NCBI RefSeq assembly: GCF_001194135.2
Contig: NC_068990.1
Location: 39,549,376-39,613,375 of the forward strand
Direction of reading: 5' to 3'
DNA from: Octopus bimaculoides
Taxonomy: Eukaryota
Length of the DNA stretch: 64,000 bases
Shown here: positions 12,305-25,670 of the stretch, piece after piece
How positions within the stretch are numbered: position 1 is the stretch's first letter
Layout: every line of letters starts with the position of its first letter
Made by a program: the position numbers and the translations under genes
The notes under the pieces: generated by a model
Database searches by the model: none
Told to the model about the DNA's origin: nothing
What the model saw: only the letters and a program-made list of their open reading frames with translations

Positions 12305-13355
12305 ATACAAAATTACAGAACAAGGTATACCTGAGGTAAAAGAACAGCTAAAGCAAGATACCCTCGCCAAAACACAAAGAATCTGCCTGTATGAGAAATG
12401 CCAACGTTTCTTCAAACAGAACAAATAGTTCAACTCCAACCCCAAAAGATTCTACCAAGAACTTCGCAAAAATAAATTAGAGATCAATGCAGCACACATA
12501 GCAGAAGAAGTGGAAGAATTTTGGAACGATATGTGGTCAGCAAAGGAACAACCTCAGAAAAGATCTTTCAAAACAACAAACACAGCACCTGATCAATTCT
12601 AGACTCCTATAACAACTGATGAGGTCACCCAGGCACTGCAAAAACTAAGCAACTGGAAGACACCCGGGCATGACAAGATCCCCAACTTCTGGTTAAAATA
12701 TCTAACAGGACTACATAAAACGCTGGCTGATAAAATTTTATGAAATACTGGTTGAGCCAGAGACAATGCCTGAATGGTTCATGGAAGGGAAAACTATCCC
12801 AATTCCCAATTCCGCTGCAAACCCACAAAATTCCCAAATCCACTGCAAAATTACAAAATTACAGACCAATAACCTGTCTCCCTATAATTTACAAAGCCTT
12901 TACTTCAATAATATCACAGAGAATGGGAAAACATCTGGAAGAAAACAACCTGTTTCTAGAAGAGCAGATGGGATGCTGCAAGGGCTCATACAGCTGTAAG
13001 GATCAGCTACTGATCAATAAAGCCATAACTGAAGACAGCTGCAGAAAGAAGAAGAGTTTAAGTTTGGCTTGGATTGATTTTCAAAAGGCTTTTGATAGTA
13101 TTCCCCACACATGGATCCTAGAAATACTAGCCATGAATAAGGTAGCACCAATAATCAATAAATATATAAAACATTCCATGAATAAAGTATATATAACATA
13201 CAGAAAATAGCACTACTAAGCACCACACATATTCTACGTAAAACGCTTTCAATACAGTGAAAATAAGAGCACCACACCAAATTACAACACATACCCAAGG
13301 CACACAGAGCTTCATTTGGTAGTACAGTGAAAGCACATGATAAAAATAAGACTAC
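12301..13355 (+). mobile_element. R4/Dong-like LINE: RT N-terminal half joined by internal deletion to the 3' end
   Basis: NYRPITCLPIIYK..EEQMGC..KDQLLINK..LAWIDFQKAFDSIPHTW; 3' part matches 28645-28845; followed by (AAT)n. Confidence 0.9.
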
Positions 13356-13441
13356 TGAATAATAATAATAATAAAAATAATAATAATAATGATAATAATA
13401 ATAATAATAATAATAATTACAACAGCAACAATAATAATTGT

Positions 13442-13653
13442 TTCCAATTTTGGCCCAAGGCTAGTAATTTAAATGCGAGGGGATATTTGATAATAGTGCC
13501 CTCAGTACTTGACTGGTACTTTATTTTATTGACCTTGAAAGGATGAAAGGCAAAGCTGACCTCAGTGGGATTTGAACTAAGAATATAAAGAGCTTGAAGA
13601 AATCCCACAAAGCATTTTGTCTAATACACTAATGATTCTGCTAGCTCACTGTC
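13442..13653 (-). mobile_element. SINE-A, diverged, embedded in (AAT)n
   Basis: Reverse-complement similarity to SINE-A; (AAT)n on both sides. Confidence 0.75.
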
Positions 13654-13658
13654 ACAAC

Positions 13659-13690
<32 letters not shown>

Positions 13691-13703
13691 TAACAATAAC
13701 AAC

Positions 13704-13735
<32 letters not shown>

Positions 13736-15099
13736 TTGTGAATAAATAGGCAAGATGACAAAATGCGATGACAGTACTGTGTGGTTTTAAGCATATCCCT
13801 TCACCTACTCAAATCACCCTGGTTGATTTGTTTAAAATAATCCCAGATGGCATATGGTGCAGGAAGTAGATGAAGGTTGGAGGGAAAGGAGGAGTACAGT
13901 CAGAAGCATTTCACTTCTCTTTCTGCTCTATCTCTTAGACACCACTCATTTCAGCGTATGTGATTATTGCACATGTAAAACATACAAACAATAACATCTA
14001 AAAAACATTACAATACGCAGACCATATTGATTTTTAAATATTTTTTGTTTTGATCTTTTTTTCATTTGTATTCTTTTAAAATTATATTTTATCTTTTTAA
14101 ATTTGTTTTTATTATATTTTAAAAATCTTTTTCTTATTTATATTTATTCCATTTTTCATCTTTATTTGCCATTTTTATTTTTATTCTGTTTTTAGATTTC
14201 GTTCTTCTGTGCTATATTTTTTAAAGAAATAAATATAAAAATAAATATTTACAAAACAAACATAAAAAACATTAAAATATTTCCAAAGCTAAGAAATATT
14301 GGTAATGTTATATGTGAAAAAGCGGATTTAAAAAATATTTTATATTTTTATAGGCATATATTTTATTGTGAGGATTTATTTTACTTCAATTTTAGCTTGT
14401 ACGATATTTTATTTTTTTTTTTAGCTATTATCATTATTTGTATTATTATTTGCTTTGTTTTATTTTCAGCTTTGGGTTTTGTGGTTGTATATTTATTTTG
14501 TATTTTCTTTGTATTCCAGAGTTGCTGAAATATGCAGATCGTTGGTGATAGCATTTAGCATATTTCATTGACAAATTTGATATTCCTTCATGACATGGCA
14601 GGAAAAAAATCTATATTTATTATTTTTTCTTAAAAAAAACGAAAAATAAAAATAAATATGACAATAAATACTGATTCTATATGTATTTATTTTTAAGTGT
14701 CTTATTGTTATTATTATTATTATTATTGATGTTTCAAATTTTTTTTAAATTTTATTTTCAATTTTTTTCTTCCCTCCCATGTGTAATTTTCATATCTTTG
14801 TATTAATATGAATATTTCACTTGCTGCTTTTAGGTTAGCAGGAATCCATAAATTTCATGTAAATGTTTGCTTAAACAATAAATTGAGACAGTTTATCAAG
14901 ATTAGAGACAATGTCTGACTTGTTGACTGGATAAATACTGCCTTCAGATGTAGAATTTATTAGAATATATGTGGCCTCTGGCTGGTAATTGGATAACACA
15001 GTATGTAAATATTGAATTGACAGTGACAGCCTGTTGGTGTTGACTGGATTTACACCACCTGTAGAAGATGACGGCTGATTATATACTGTCAACAGCGGT

Positions 15100-17120
15100 A
15101 AATAATGTAGATGCAGTGTAGAACAATGGCAATTTAAGGTAAATTATAGGCGTTTTTGACAATTTACAAAGAAAGGATATTTTGTTAATAGGGACACAGT
15201 AGACAGATGTTGACAATGCATCACAGTTTGGAAACGTTGACAATTTAGATGCAATAAGGTGTTGACAATGTAGACATAGACACAGTACAAAGATAGTGAT
15301 TATTATAGTGAGAATGTAGAGTTGTTAGTGGGTTAGATAACAGTGTGGAAATACAGTTTAAACACAGTATGAGGGTGTTGACAGTGCAAATACAGTGTGA
15401 AGATAATGACAATAAGGACAGTCTGTGAATGTTGATTAGGTAGACACAGTATAGAGATGTTGACAATGTAACCACAGTGTAGAGGTGTTGACAATGTAAT
15501 GACAATGGAGATATTGACCATGTAGACAGTGTAGAGATATTGACAATTTAAACACAGCTATAGATGTTGACAATGTAGACACAGTGTAGAGATGCTGACA
15601 ATTTAGATACAATGTGAAGATAGTAAGAATTTTGATACAATATGAAGATATTGACAATTAAGATACATTATGGTGCTGCTGAAAATTTTGATACAGTATG
15701 TGAAATGTTGACGGTTTAGATGCACTGAAAAGATGTCGACAGCTTTAACATACTGTAGAAATGTTGAAAATGTTTGCTATACAATAGCAATTTGTAGATG
15801 TTGAAAATGTAGACAGCATATGCAGTCAATACAGGTTAAGAAAGTAAACAATTTGGTGATTTTGATACAGGTACAATGTGGAGATGTTAACAACATATAT
15901 ACAGTCTGTAGATGTTGAAAATGTCACAGAATTTGTAGATGTTACCAATGTAGACAGTATAACTGATTACAATGTTGATACTGTACATACAGGGTGCGAT
16001 GGGTAAATTGTCACCATTTTATATTTTTAATTTCATGTATTGTTTGTTTTTGATTTTGTTGACTGCACAGTTGGGCACCGTCTGTGAGAAAAACAGCACC
16101 ATGATGCAATTCAGTCTGCCAGAAATTTGGAAACAACATGTTATACTGCTTGGCATTCACACCAGAAGCTCCAATATGAATATTTCAGAGTGTTTAGGTG
16201 TCAATCTGAGGTCAGTGCAATCTGAGGACATGTACCAAGAGTGATAAAATCAAACATCCAGTCAACATCATGGTGTCTGGAGTGATCACTAGTGATGGCG
16301 ATGTTATGCCTCCATTCATCTTCCCACATGACCTCAGACTTTACATGGAGGCCTAGATCAAGTGCCTGGAGGAGGTAGTGCTGCCCTGGGACAAGAGGGT
16401 GGCTGCTGAAAGACCCTATATCTGGCAACAGGACTGTACCATGCAACACATAGCAGGAGAACCCAGTCAAGGCTGTGAGACAATTTCTGTGACCACACTA
16501 CCCCTAACATCTGGCCACCTAACTTCTCAGACTGCAACCCACTTGATTATTATGTGTGGGATGCAGTTGAGTGAGAGACCAAAAAAAAAATTCCTTGTAA
16601 CACCAAAGATGAACCGAAGGCAATGATTATGGCAGCATTCACCAACTTAAACAAGGAGATCGTCCTGAAGAGTTGCAGGAGATTCCAAAGTCATCTGGAG
16701 GCCATGGTTGAAGCCAATGGCGATTTTACTGAATAAATTTACTCTTTAGTATTTCAATATATTTTTATGTAATTTTGGTAAATATATCTGTTAAAATGAG
16801 ATATGAGTGTTATTTTCATGTTTGCTTAATTTAGATGACAACATATTCACCGCACTCTGTATATGTAGATATTGACCATAAAGATGTGGTACGGAGATGT
16901 TGACAATATTGATTCAGACTGGAGATGTTGACTGTAAAAACATAATCTGTAGATATTGATTATTTAAATTCCATCTATAGATATTGACAATTTAGACATA
17001 ATTGCATTTTGTGGTTGCAAATGCTTACAGTGTACATATAGTTCACAGAGCTCACTGTAAATGTTCACAGGCAGATGCAGTTTAAAGATGTTTACAGAAT
17101 ATAAAGTTTGTACTCAGGTG
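15100..17120. repeat. Degenerate ~28-bp minisatellite (GTTGACAATGTAGACACAGTGTAGAGAT)n, split by a maT insertion
   Basis: Recurring GTTGACAAT..GTAGA units on both sides of 15990-16859. Confidence 0.85.
15990..16859 (+). mobile_element. maT-like (DD37D) non-autonomous element, internally deleted, both TIRs present
   Basis: TA|CAGGGTGCGATGGGTAAATTGTCA ... TGACAACATATTCACCGCACTCTG|TA; transposase remnant KHPVNIMV..WQQD..WPPN.SDCNPLDYYVW. Confidence 0.9.
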
Positions 17121-18313
17121 TTCACAAGAGCTAAGTAATTCAGTTACCCACAGCTCAATTAAGAAATTCATTCAGTTATGTCTTTCACAATCTTTATTCT
17201 TTACATTAGCAACCTACCTTCTATCATCTCTTACAAATTCACTTCCATGCAATTAATACCATTCATCACTCTTTAATTATTTTTCACACGCAGGTCATAT
17301 TATTCACAAACAATTTATACACTTAACACTGTGTTTTACTACAACATACATTATGGATATTTTAGGCATCAACTGAGACATTGCTAGAGCAATCAGCAAT
17401 AACACCAATAACACCAACCCCAGGAGACCATATCATATGTCTGTGGGTTGATCTTTATTGTAGGTGTAGGCTTAATAAAATCGTTTGACATAAGAATCTT
17501 AAGATTGATTTATATGTTATACTTTTCAATATATATGTATATATATATATGTATGTGTGTGTGTGTGTGTGTGTACGTACAGACATACATATACACACAC
17601 ATATTAGTTATTAGTGCCAGAGCCAGTATTAACTCTAAATAGCAATCAATCTGTACATCCTTCTTAATGTAGATATACTGTAAGGATACCATAATACTGT
17701 GATTTTTGTCTTGCAAAAGCATCTTGTATAAATGTATCATGCACAGAAAAATCAGTAGCAGACAATAAATGTCCAACACCAACTCCTAGGTCACATGATT
17801 TCTGCACATTTACATGGCATCAGCAGCAGATAACCATTATCTCATGCAAGCCAAACTATGCCTGTAATAATATGTAGAAAAACAATGATTAATTAGTCAC
17901 TAGTGTTGCAAATAGTTGGTAGACTGGTTTAGAATTAGTTATTAGCAATGGAAGCAGTAATAGTATTGAACTGTAGTCTGTATATGCTACTTAACCTGGA
18001 TATACTGCCAGAACGCCTTAATTATGCAATATTTCATGCGTGTGCGTGTGTGTGTGTAAATAAAAGTTGGCCTTACAACTCTCTTATAATGGATTTACAT
18101 TTATAGGTACATAGAAACTCTCCGACTGGCTTGTTATTAATATCTTTGACTGATGTAATCATATAGAATTCTATCTTGGTTAAATAAAACTGTGTAAAAC
18201 TGATTTCCTTGAAGCATTTCATCGGTTATAAAACCAAGTCACAAAAGCTTTGCATTTCTGACTTTGTCATTCATCGATCTTTTGAAACTAACCTATTTTC
18301 CATTACATTTCAG

Positions 18314-18388
18314 ACAGATTCAGCACTGAGTTGCTGAAGCAGAAATATCGTTATAGTAAATATTCTGCTCAATACCACAAATTTGCTC
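18314..18388 (+). CDS. Candidate 75-nt symmetric exon (RFSTELLKQKYRYSKYSAQYHKFA)
   Basis: Branch-like CTAAC, pyrimidine tract, CAG acceptor, donor GTCAGT; only the phase-1 frame is open; no homology recognised. Confidence 0.25.
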
Positions 18389-18869
18389 GTCAGTCACTTG
18401 ACTTTAACCCCTTGAGCATGTCCCTTTGTGGCTGACGATATGTGTGTCCCTGATCATGAGCCGGAGTAGTGAGGGAGCATCATAGCTATGTGTTGAAAGG
18501 GATTTTGGGGGGTTGGAATAAATATAACAAAAGCAAAGTCTGAAGGAAATATTAACCATTTTTAATACTTTGTAGGGGTAAGAAAATAGGAAGTAACAGT
18601 TACTACCCAGGGACAAAAATCATGTCATATCATGTTATCTAATGTGTCCTTACCTTTTATAAGATTTTAAAGTTGTGTTTGAGGGGAATACTGTTGCTAT
18701 TTCTTGCAGGTCAAGTGATCAATATGCAGGTAACTCCATTGGCTTGGGTTGGGTGCCTGACAAAAGCATTTATATCTCAAAGGCTAGCTCACATCAAGTA
18801 AGAAACAAGAAACAACCTATGCATAGTGGAATAGTTATGATGATTCATTAAAGCTATTCTGCTCTATTG

Positions 18870-19290
18870 TTGTTTCATTGACTCAAAAGTATTTCATTGA
18901 CTCAACATTCTGTTGGATAGTTGATATTTTGCTGACTCGTTAGTGTTTTGCTGTTCCACTGGTGTGTTGATAACTTGTTATTGACTCATTATAGTTTTGT
19001 TGAATTAATAGAGTTTTGTTGATATATTAGTGATTTATTAACTAATTAATGGATTTTTTTCACTCATTAGTCTGTTATTGGTTTATCAGTATTTCACAGT
19101 TTCATAAGTATTCTACTGTTGCATTAGTACTTTCTTAACTCATTAGTGTTGTGATAATTCATTCATATTTTATTAACTAGTTAGTATTTTGATAATTCAT
19201 TAATGTATGGTAACTCATCAGTATCTTTCAGTTTCATTATTATGTTTTGTTAATGCATTAGTGATTAATTGACTCATTAGCCTTGAGTTC
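18870..19290. repeat. Degenerate ~20-bp minisatellite (TTGACTCATTAGT core)
   Basis: Repeated TGACTCA/TAACTCA..TTAGT units. Confidence 0.65.
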
Positions 19291-19408
19291 ATTTAGAGAT
19301 GTATTTTCTTAACCATTGTAATTTAGTGCAGAAGACATGAACCTTACACATATACATTATGTCTCTTCCATTTAATGTTGCAAGCATGGCTGTTTGATAA
19401 CAAGTTTG

Positions 19409-19648
19409 ATCTACACCTACATAATTTCATGTTTGATCCCACTGTAGAACACCTTGTGTATGTATCTTCTGCCATAACCTCAAGTTAACCAAAGGTCTGT
19501 GAGTGAAATTTAGGAGACAGAAAATTTGATCTGCAGCTACATAATTTAATGTTTGATCCCACTATAGAACGCCTTATGAATGTATCTTCTGCCATAACCT
19601 CAAGTTAACCAAAGGTCTGTGAGTGAAATTTAGGAGACAGAAAATTTG
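19409..19648 (+). repeat. 120-bp tandem duplication inside a diverged SINE-B head
   Basis: 19409-19528 and 19529-19648 are near-identical; similar to the SINE-B 5' region. Confidence 0.85.
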
Positions 19649-19789
19649 TGGAAACATCTTTATCAGAGGAATTGTCTACATTTCTGCTCTTGGATGACAA
19701 GCTTTATCTATTTCTCTTCTCCCCTGACTAATCTTGGACACTCTGAACAACTTTTGGGTGCTGTTCTTCTTTCTTGACTAAAAAGTTAT

Positions 19790-20400
19790 AAAAATGGCCA
19801 GGAACCAAGTATTCAGAACTGCTCATAAGGATCAATAAAATCTGAAAATGGTAAGGGAAGCCCATTATAGAACATTGCTTATATGTGTACATGTGATTTG
19901 ACAAAAAAACAAAAAAAAAAAACAGTAGTGAACTTGGGCAAGTGTCTTCTACTATAGCCTTGGGCCAACCAAAGCCTTGTGAGTGGATTTGGTAGACGGA
20001 CACTGAAAGAAGCCTGTCATATATATGTATATATATGTATGTGTGTGTGCGTTTGTCCCCCCAACATCGCTTGACAACCAATGGTGGTGAGTTTACCTCC
20101 CCGTAACTTAGCGGTTCGGCAAAAGAGACTGATAAAATAAGTACTAGGCATCCAGAGAATAAGTCCTGGGGTCGATTTGCTCGACTAAAGGCGGTGCTCC
20201 AGCATGGCCACAGTCAAATGACTGAAACAAGTAAAAGAGTAAAAGTAAAAAGTGTATTTATTGTTCATGTGGATCTACACGATTTGAAAATGGTAAGGAA
20301 GCAAATATTGGACACTGCTCATGAAGATCTGTATGATTTGGAAATGGTAAGGAACCAAGTATTGAACACTGCTCATGTAGATCTGTATTATTTGATTAGA
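19790..20400 (+). repeat. 54-bp tandem repeat (about 4-5 units) interrupted by SINE-B
   Basis: Unit CATGTGGATCTACACGATTTGAAAATGGTAAGGAAGCAAATATTGGACACTGCT at 20267-20400; diverged units at 19790-19900. Confidence 0.8.
19933..20246 (+). mobile_element. SINE-B, 5'-truncated
   Basis: Closely matches 1123-1516 from CTTGGGCAAGTG onward. Confidence 0.9.
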
Positions 20401-20943
20401 AATCTGAGACTTTGTGGCTCCCATTGTGAAAGAAAAAATAAAGAAGTATGAATATATAATTGTGTAGTTTAGAAGTAACATGGGAATTCAATTAGACATT
20501 TTGTGATTGTCTCCCTCACACAGGCAATTGCTTCTGTTCTGTAGGGCATAGAGCTGGTGTAGGATAAAAAAGAAAAACAAAAAAAAAACGGATTTCATTG
20601 TTTTTAAAAGTGTAGATTGGACTGTGTTGGATCTAGATGATGAAAAGAGTAACAGCTGATTGATCCCTGACTGATGAACTGGATGACCTGAAGACCTTCA
20701 TTTAGTGCTACTGTTTAATAATGTAAGTATGTACAGTATAATGGCAATGTGTATGTGTCTGTGTGTGAGTATGTGTTTGTGTGTGTTTGAATGTAGAAGT
20801 GGATGCAGATGCGTGGATAAGTATGTGTAGTGGTATGTATTTCTTGATATATGGAACAGCAGCATCTTCATAATTGGTTTAACATCATTTTAACTCTAAA
20901 TATACTCATGTGTGTGCAGATGTGAGGATCTATATTTGAACAT

Positions 20944-20991
<48 letters not shown>

Positions 20992-21472
20992 CTGTCATGG
21001 ACCAGTACACTTATAACAGCTAAAATAGTATTTTGTATACACACACAAACACACACAAACACACACACACACACATATGCACACATACATATGCATACAC
21101 ATACATAGAAGCATACATATATACTTGTTTCTGTATACTTACATACATACATACATGCATACATACATACATGCATACATACATACATACATACATGCAT
21201 ACATAGATATATACATAGATATAGAAAGATAGATATATGTATATATGTATGTGTGTAGAGATGTGTTTGTGTATAAGTGTATATATATGTATGTATTCAT
21301 TACTCAAATGTTTGTACCTCTTGTATTCAAATAGATGGCATTGAGACATTACTCAATTGAATGTATTTGATGTGAACCACCATTTAGAAATTGGAGGGAA
21401 TAACCAGAACTGACCCTTAATACACAAAAACTCAACTTTACATCTTATATGGAACACCCATTCCTTCATTTA

Positions 21473-21689
21473 AAAGCAGGAGCTGAAAAGGTCCTGGTTT
21501 TGGGGAAAAGAAAATATAGTAAGATCAGTTAACTATGATTTTGTTCAACATATTTCCCTTTCAGATTCTCACGCATATTGCAGTGGTCCTTCAGGTTTTC
21601 TAAGGTTTATAAAAGAACTCAGAATGTTAGGCCTCCAACCAGGCCTTTCCCAATACTCTTCAAGCCAGGAACTTTTCGGCACCCCCACA
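21473..21689 (-). mobile_element. Mariner-derived MITE (TIRs plus transposase C-terminus)
   Basis: Inverted ends GGAGCTGAAAAGGTCCTGGTT / AGCCAGGAACTTTTCGGCACCCCC with flanking TA; minus strand ends ..KGKYVE as in mariner C-termini. Confidence 0.75.
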
Positions 21690-22233
21690 TATAAACAAAA
21701 GCTTACAAACACACACACACACACACGTACATACACATGCACACATACATAAACTGAACATACACACCCACATGCACTCACTTCACACAGGGAGGACATG
21801 TAAGTACAACTATAAGTTGTGGTACCAAACTCATATGAATGTCATCTCAATTATTTAATGCCTCTTCTTGTGATTCTTTCATATATTTCTCTCCAGAGAC
21901 AAGTATGTCTTTCAGCAAATTTTAACCAACACATGACCTTAAAAAGTACCAATTTTTCACCCAACAACCCATCATATGTAAAATATTTATTTTCTTATCT
22001 TTTATTTATGAATTTATCTTACTAAAAACTGTTCAGAAGGCAGGGGGCAATTATTATTTTTTTTTTTAATGAATATACTCTTCTTGAATATTAGAGTTTG
22101 TCATATTCCTGTGTGTCTACATTGTGTATGCATGCATGTGAGTTTACAGATGAATTCATGTACATATGTAGGTGGAGTATGTTTCTATGACATACAGCAA
22201 AACATATACTTGTGTATGTGCATGCATGAATAA

Positions 22234-22266
<33 letters not shown>

Positions 22267-23220
22267 NNNNNNNNNNNNNNNNNNNNNNNNNNNNNNNNNN
22301 NNNNNNNNNNNNNNNNNNNNNNNNNNNNNNNNNNNNNNNNNNNNNNNNNNNNNNNNNNNNNNNNNNNNNNNNNNNNNNNNNNNNNNNNNNNNNNNNNNNN
22401 NNNNNNNNNNNNNNATATATATATATATATAAATCCTCTATGTTTTATGTATATGTATGCACATATATATGTATGTGTGCAGATAAATACACAGATATAT
22501 ACATATATATGCACACACATTTATGGATGTAATATAAATGTATGGGTACTTAATTTTTTATTTTATTTATTTTATTTATTAGCAAACTTCATTAAACATT
22601 TAAAACTATAAATATCTCAGTGACAAAGAATGTACGAAATATATGTTTAAAAATACAACAATAAATAAATCTTTGAAAAATAAGGGGACAGAAAAAATGG
22701 TGAAAGAAATAAAGGCAATAAGTGGGACCCATGTCCCCACTCCCCTACTATCTCTACACTTTGAAAAAAACAAAAGACATATTGGAAGAGGGATGTAGAT
22801 AAAAAAGAAAAGATCAACAAAATGTAAATGAAATTAAGGATTCTCAGCTGACTTATTAGTTTAAAGCAATAAATAAATAAATAAATAAATAAATAAAACT
22901 GAGAAGCAAGGAAATAAAATAAAAACAAAACAAGAATAAACACCACTGTACTTATTGACCTCATTTTGGTGGTGGTGGTGGTTCAGTATTTTTATGCTGA
23001 CACCATTGCTACAGTAGTGGTGTTGGTGTTGTTGTTGTTGTTGGTAGTGGTGATGAGGGTGGTAGTGTGGCACCTTGATGCCTCCAGCACTACCGTCGCC
23101 GCCGCCGCCACCACTATTATCACTGTCAGTATACAATGGTTTTAAATTTTGTTCTGGAGTTTGCATGTGCTTTGTTATATACGCTTTTTCACAATTGATA
23201 TCCTTCTTATCCTTTCACAC

Positions 23221-23270
<50 letters not shown>

Positions 23271-23721
23271 ACATGCGCACACACATATATATACACATAT
23301 AAACAGATAGCTAAATAAATAGATACACATACATATAACATATATTTATGTATGTATACATGCATGCATTTATCACTCTCTTTACATATATATGTATATG
23401 TGTGTATGTGTGTGTGTATGTGTGCATATGTATGTTAGTATGTGTAAGTAAAACGCACATATTCTTTTGTCATCATTTATTATTTTCTTTATTTTGTTTC
23501 TCTGCTTCTGTTTTATTACTTTCTTTTGATGTAGAAACTTCGCATCTCTATCCCTCTCACTCCCCAGAATTTCCCAGAAGCTCCAGATACTCACCCCTAC
23601 CTAATTCCCTTCGCCATCTGATCACACACACAGCTTCATTTCTGTTTCAAGCTTCCAGCCAAAATGACTTCACTTCAACTTCAGACATATTTCAACCTTC
23701 CTCTCACTAAGGCCAGCTGAT

Positions 23722-23752
23722 CTCTCTCTCTCTCTATCTCTCATTATATCTA

Positions 23753-23804
<52 letters not shown>

Positions 23805-23840
23805 AATCTATCTATATATCTATCTATCTATCTATCTATA
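23722..23840. repeat. (TC)n/(TATC)n microsatellite
   Basis: Direct sequence. Confidence 0.95.
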
Positions 23841-24689
23841 CACACACATACACATACATGGTTATGGATCTATCTATTTGTTTCTTAATCATGACACCAA
23901 TGACTTGCATATTCATTCTGAAAACGTTCTCTCAGATTCGAACTTGAATATACTAATCACTGAAATATTTCACCATTGGAGAAGATCTTCTACCTTCAGA
24001 TGAGTGCATGTTCATAACACACTCCATTCATTATCATGAGGGTACTTTTGGACACCAATGTTCTGACATCATTATTTCTCCTCTCATGGTTATAACTTCA
24101 GCAGACAGATTATTTGCTGTTGCATGCTGATATCTGTCAACCAATAATAAATCATTATGTGCATGGAGAATATCTAGAATCAAAATAATGACTTACATAT
24201 TATTGCTAATACATTTCAACAGATTTAAACGTGAATAAGCTAATTGCTGTTGTATTTCAGCATTGGAGAATCTCATTTCTTTCATAACACACTTGATTCA
24301 TGAGTGTAAGGGGATATTGGGGCAATGGGGATTTCAGGAGTAATTTTGTTTAACCTTCAAGTCAGTACTGATTCTCTATTCTTTTGGAAGAAGACATTCC
24401 AGTCATGATTATCTCATATTTTTGTCAGTCATAGCCTATCTAGGAGTATTTTAACAAATGCATCCTTTTTTATTTTCTGTTTGTTTTTCATGATAGTAAA
24501 GTGTGATTTTTTTCAGATTTAGTTGCTACTTCTAATATATCCAGTGGCTATGTAAAAGATCTCTCACAGACTTTTATTTTTACAAAGTTTTTTGTTTGAC
24601 CATTGAAACCATTTTTCTTGTAAATGTTTTTGTCACATCTAATGCAAAATAAATGGCTAAATAAATAAATAAATAAATAAATAATGAAA

Positions 24690-25670
24690 TTCTGTTCTGT
24701 CTTTTTTTATTTTATTTTCTTTTCTTCTACATCACTTAACTACTTTGAAACAAAGTCCTGGAAATTAATTATCTGAGATTATTGTCAAAAATCCAAAGAT
24801 GAAATCTTCAGCAACATACTAAATCTAATCATGTCTTTCTCTTTTCTTTTTCTTTCTTTTGTTATTCTTCCTTTATTTCTGTATATTTGTTCATTTCTCT
24901 TTTCGCAGTCATTTATCATTTCATTTTATATTTTAACATTTTTTCTACGTTTATTTACCATACAAAAAAATGTTTTCCTCAATTTTTTGTCTTTCATTTT
25001 TTGTTTTTATTTTCATCTGTTGATTCTTCCTATCCTTGTTTCATTCATTTAGTTCACTACCTTCTCTTTCACAACAAGTTTCATTGTATATAATATTCTT
25101 ATATCTTTAATTGTTTTCATTGTTATTCATTCTTTCTTTCCATATCCAAAATATTCAAACATTTTTCCTTACATATTCTTTGTTTCATTAAGCATTTCTT
25201 TGTATTTTTCTTTCTAGTTTGCTTTTTCTTCTTAATTCTATGTTATTTTATCTTTCATTTATTTTTTATATCTATCTCAGTTTCATTCCCCTTTTCCTTT
25301 CCTTTATTTTCTTCTTGTGCTCTTTCATTTTTCATCTTTAATTCTCTTTTATAGTCACTTTTAAAATTATTTCAATATTTTAGTTTTATTCTTCACATTT
25401 ATTATTTCATTATCTTTTATTTTCCCATTCTTCTGTTCCATCATTTTTTTGTTCTGTGAATCACTTATTCTTTCTGCTTTTCTTTCTTTGACTTTATTCC
25501 TCCATTTTCTTTATTCATTCTATATTTACATAATTTCTTTAGACTTCTACCTTTCAGATATTTTTTTTATTCTATATCCTTTCCTTCTTTTCTACTTTTT
25601 CTGTTATTTTTTTTATTCCTTAGTTTCCATTTTTTCCCCTCATTTTCTTACTTCACCATTGTGTAATCTT
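24690..25670. repeat. ~1-kb T-rich, G-poor low-complexity tract
   Basis: Direct composition. Confidence 0.85.

Noticed and set aside
14871-15092. 73-aa minus-strand ORF
   Set aside because: Continuous with the GTTGAC minisatellite and has no recognisable motif
17366-17790. Two T/P-rich candidate exons (ASTETLLEQSAITPITPTPG; SCINVSCTEKSVADNKCPTPTP)
   Set aside because: Splice phases are incompatible with each other and with 18314; acceptors only moderate
20660-20700. CTGATGA followed by CTGAAGA as another hammerhead
   Set aside because: No GAAA or stem III/I pairing could be found
21564-21760. Open frame after a strong acceptor (SHAYCSGPSGFLRFIKELRMLGL..) resembling an oxidoreductase motif
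   Set aside because: It is the antisense of a mariner MITE with recognisable TIRs
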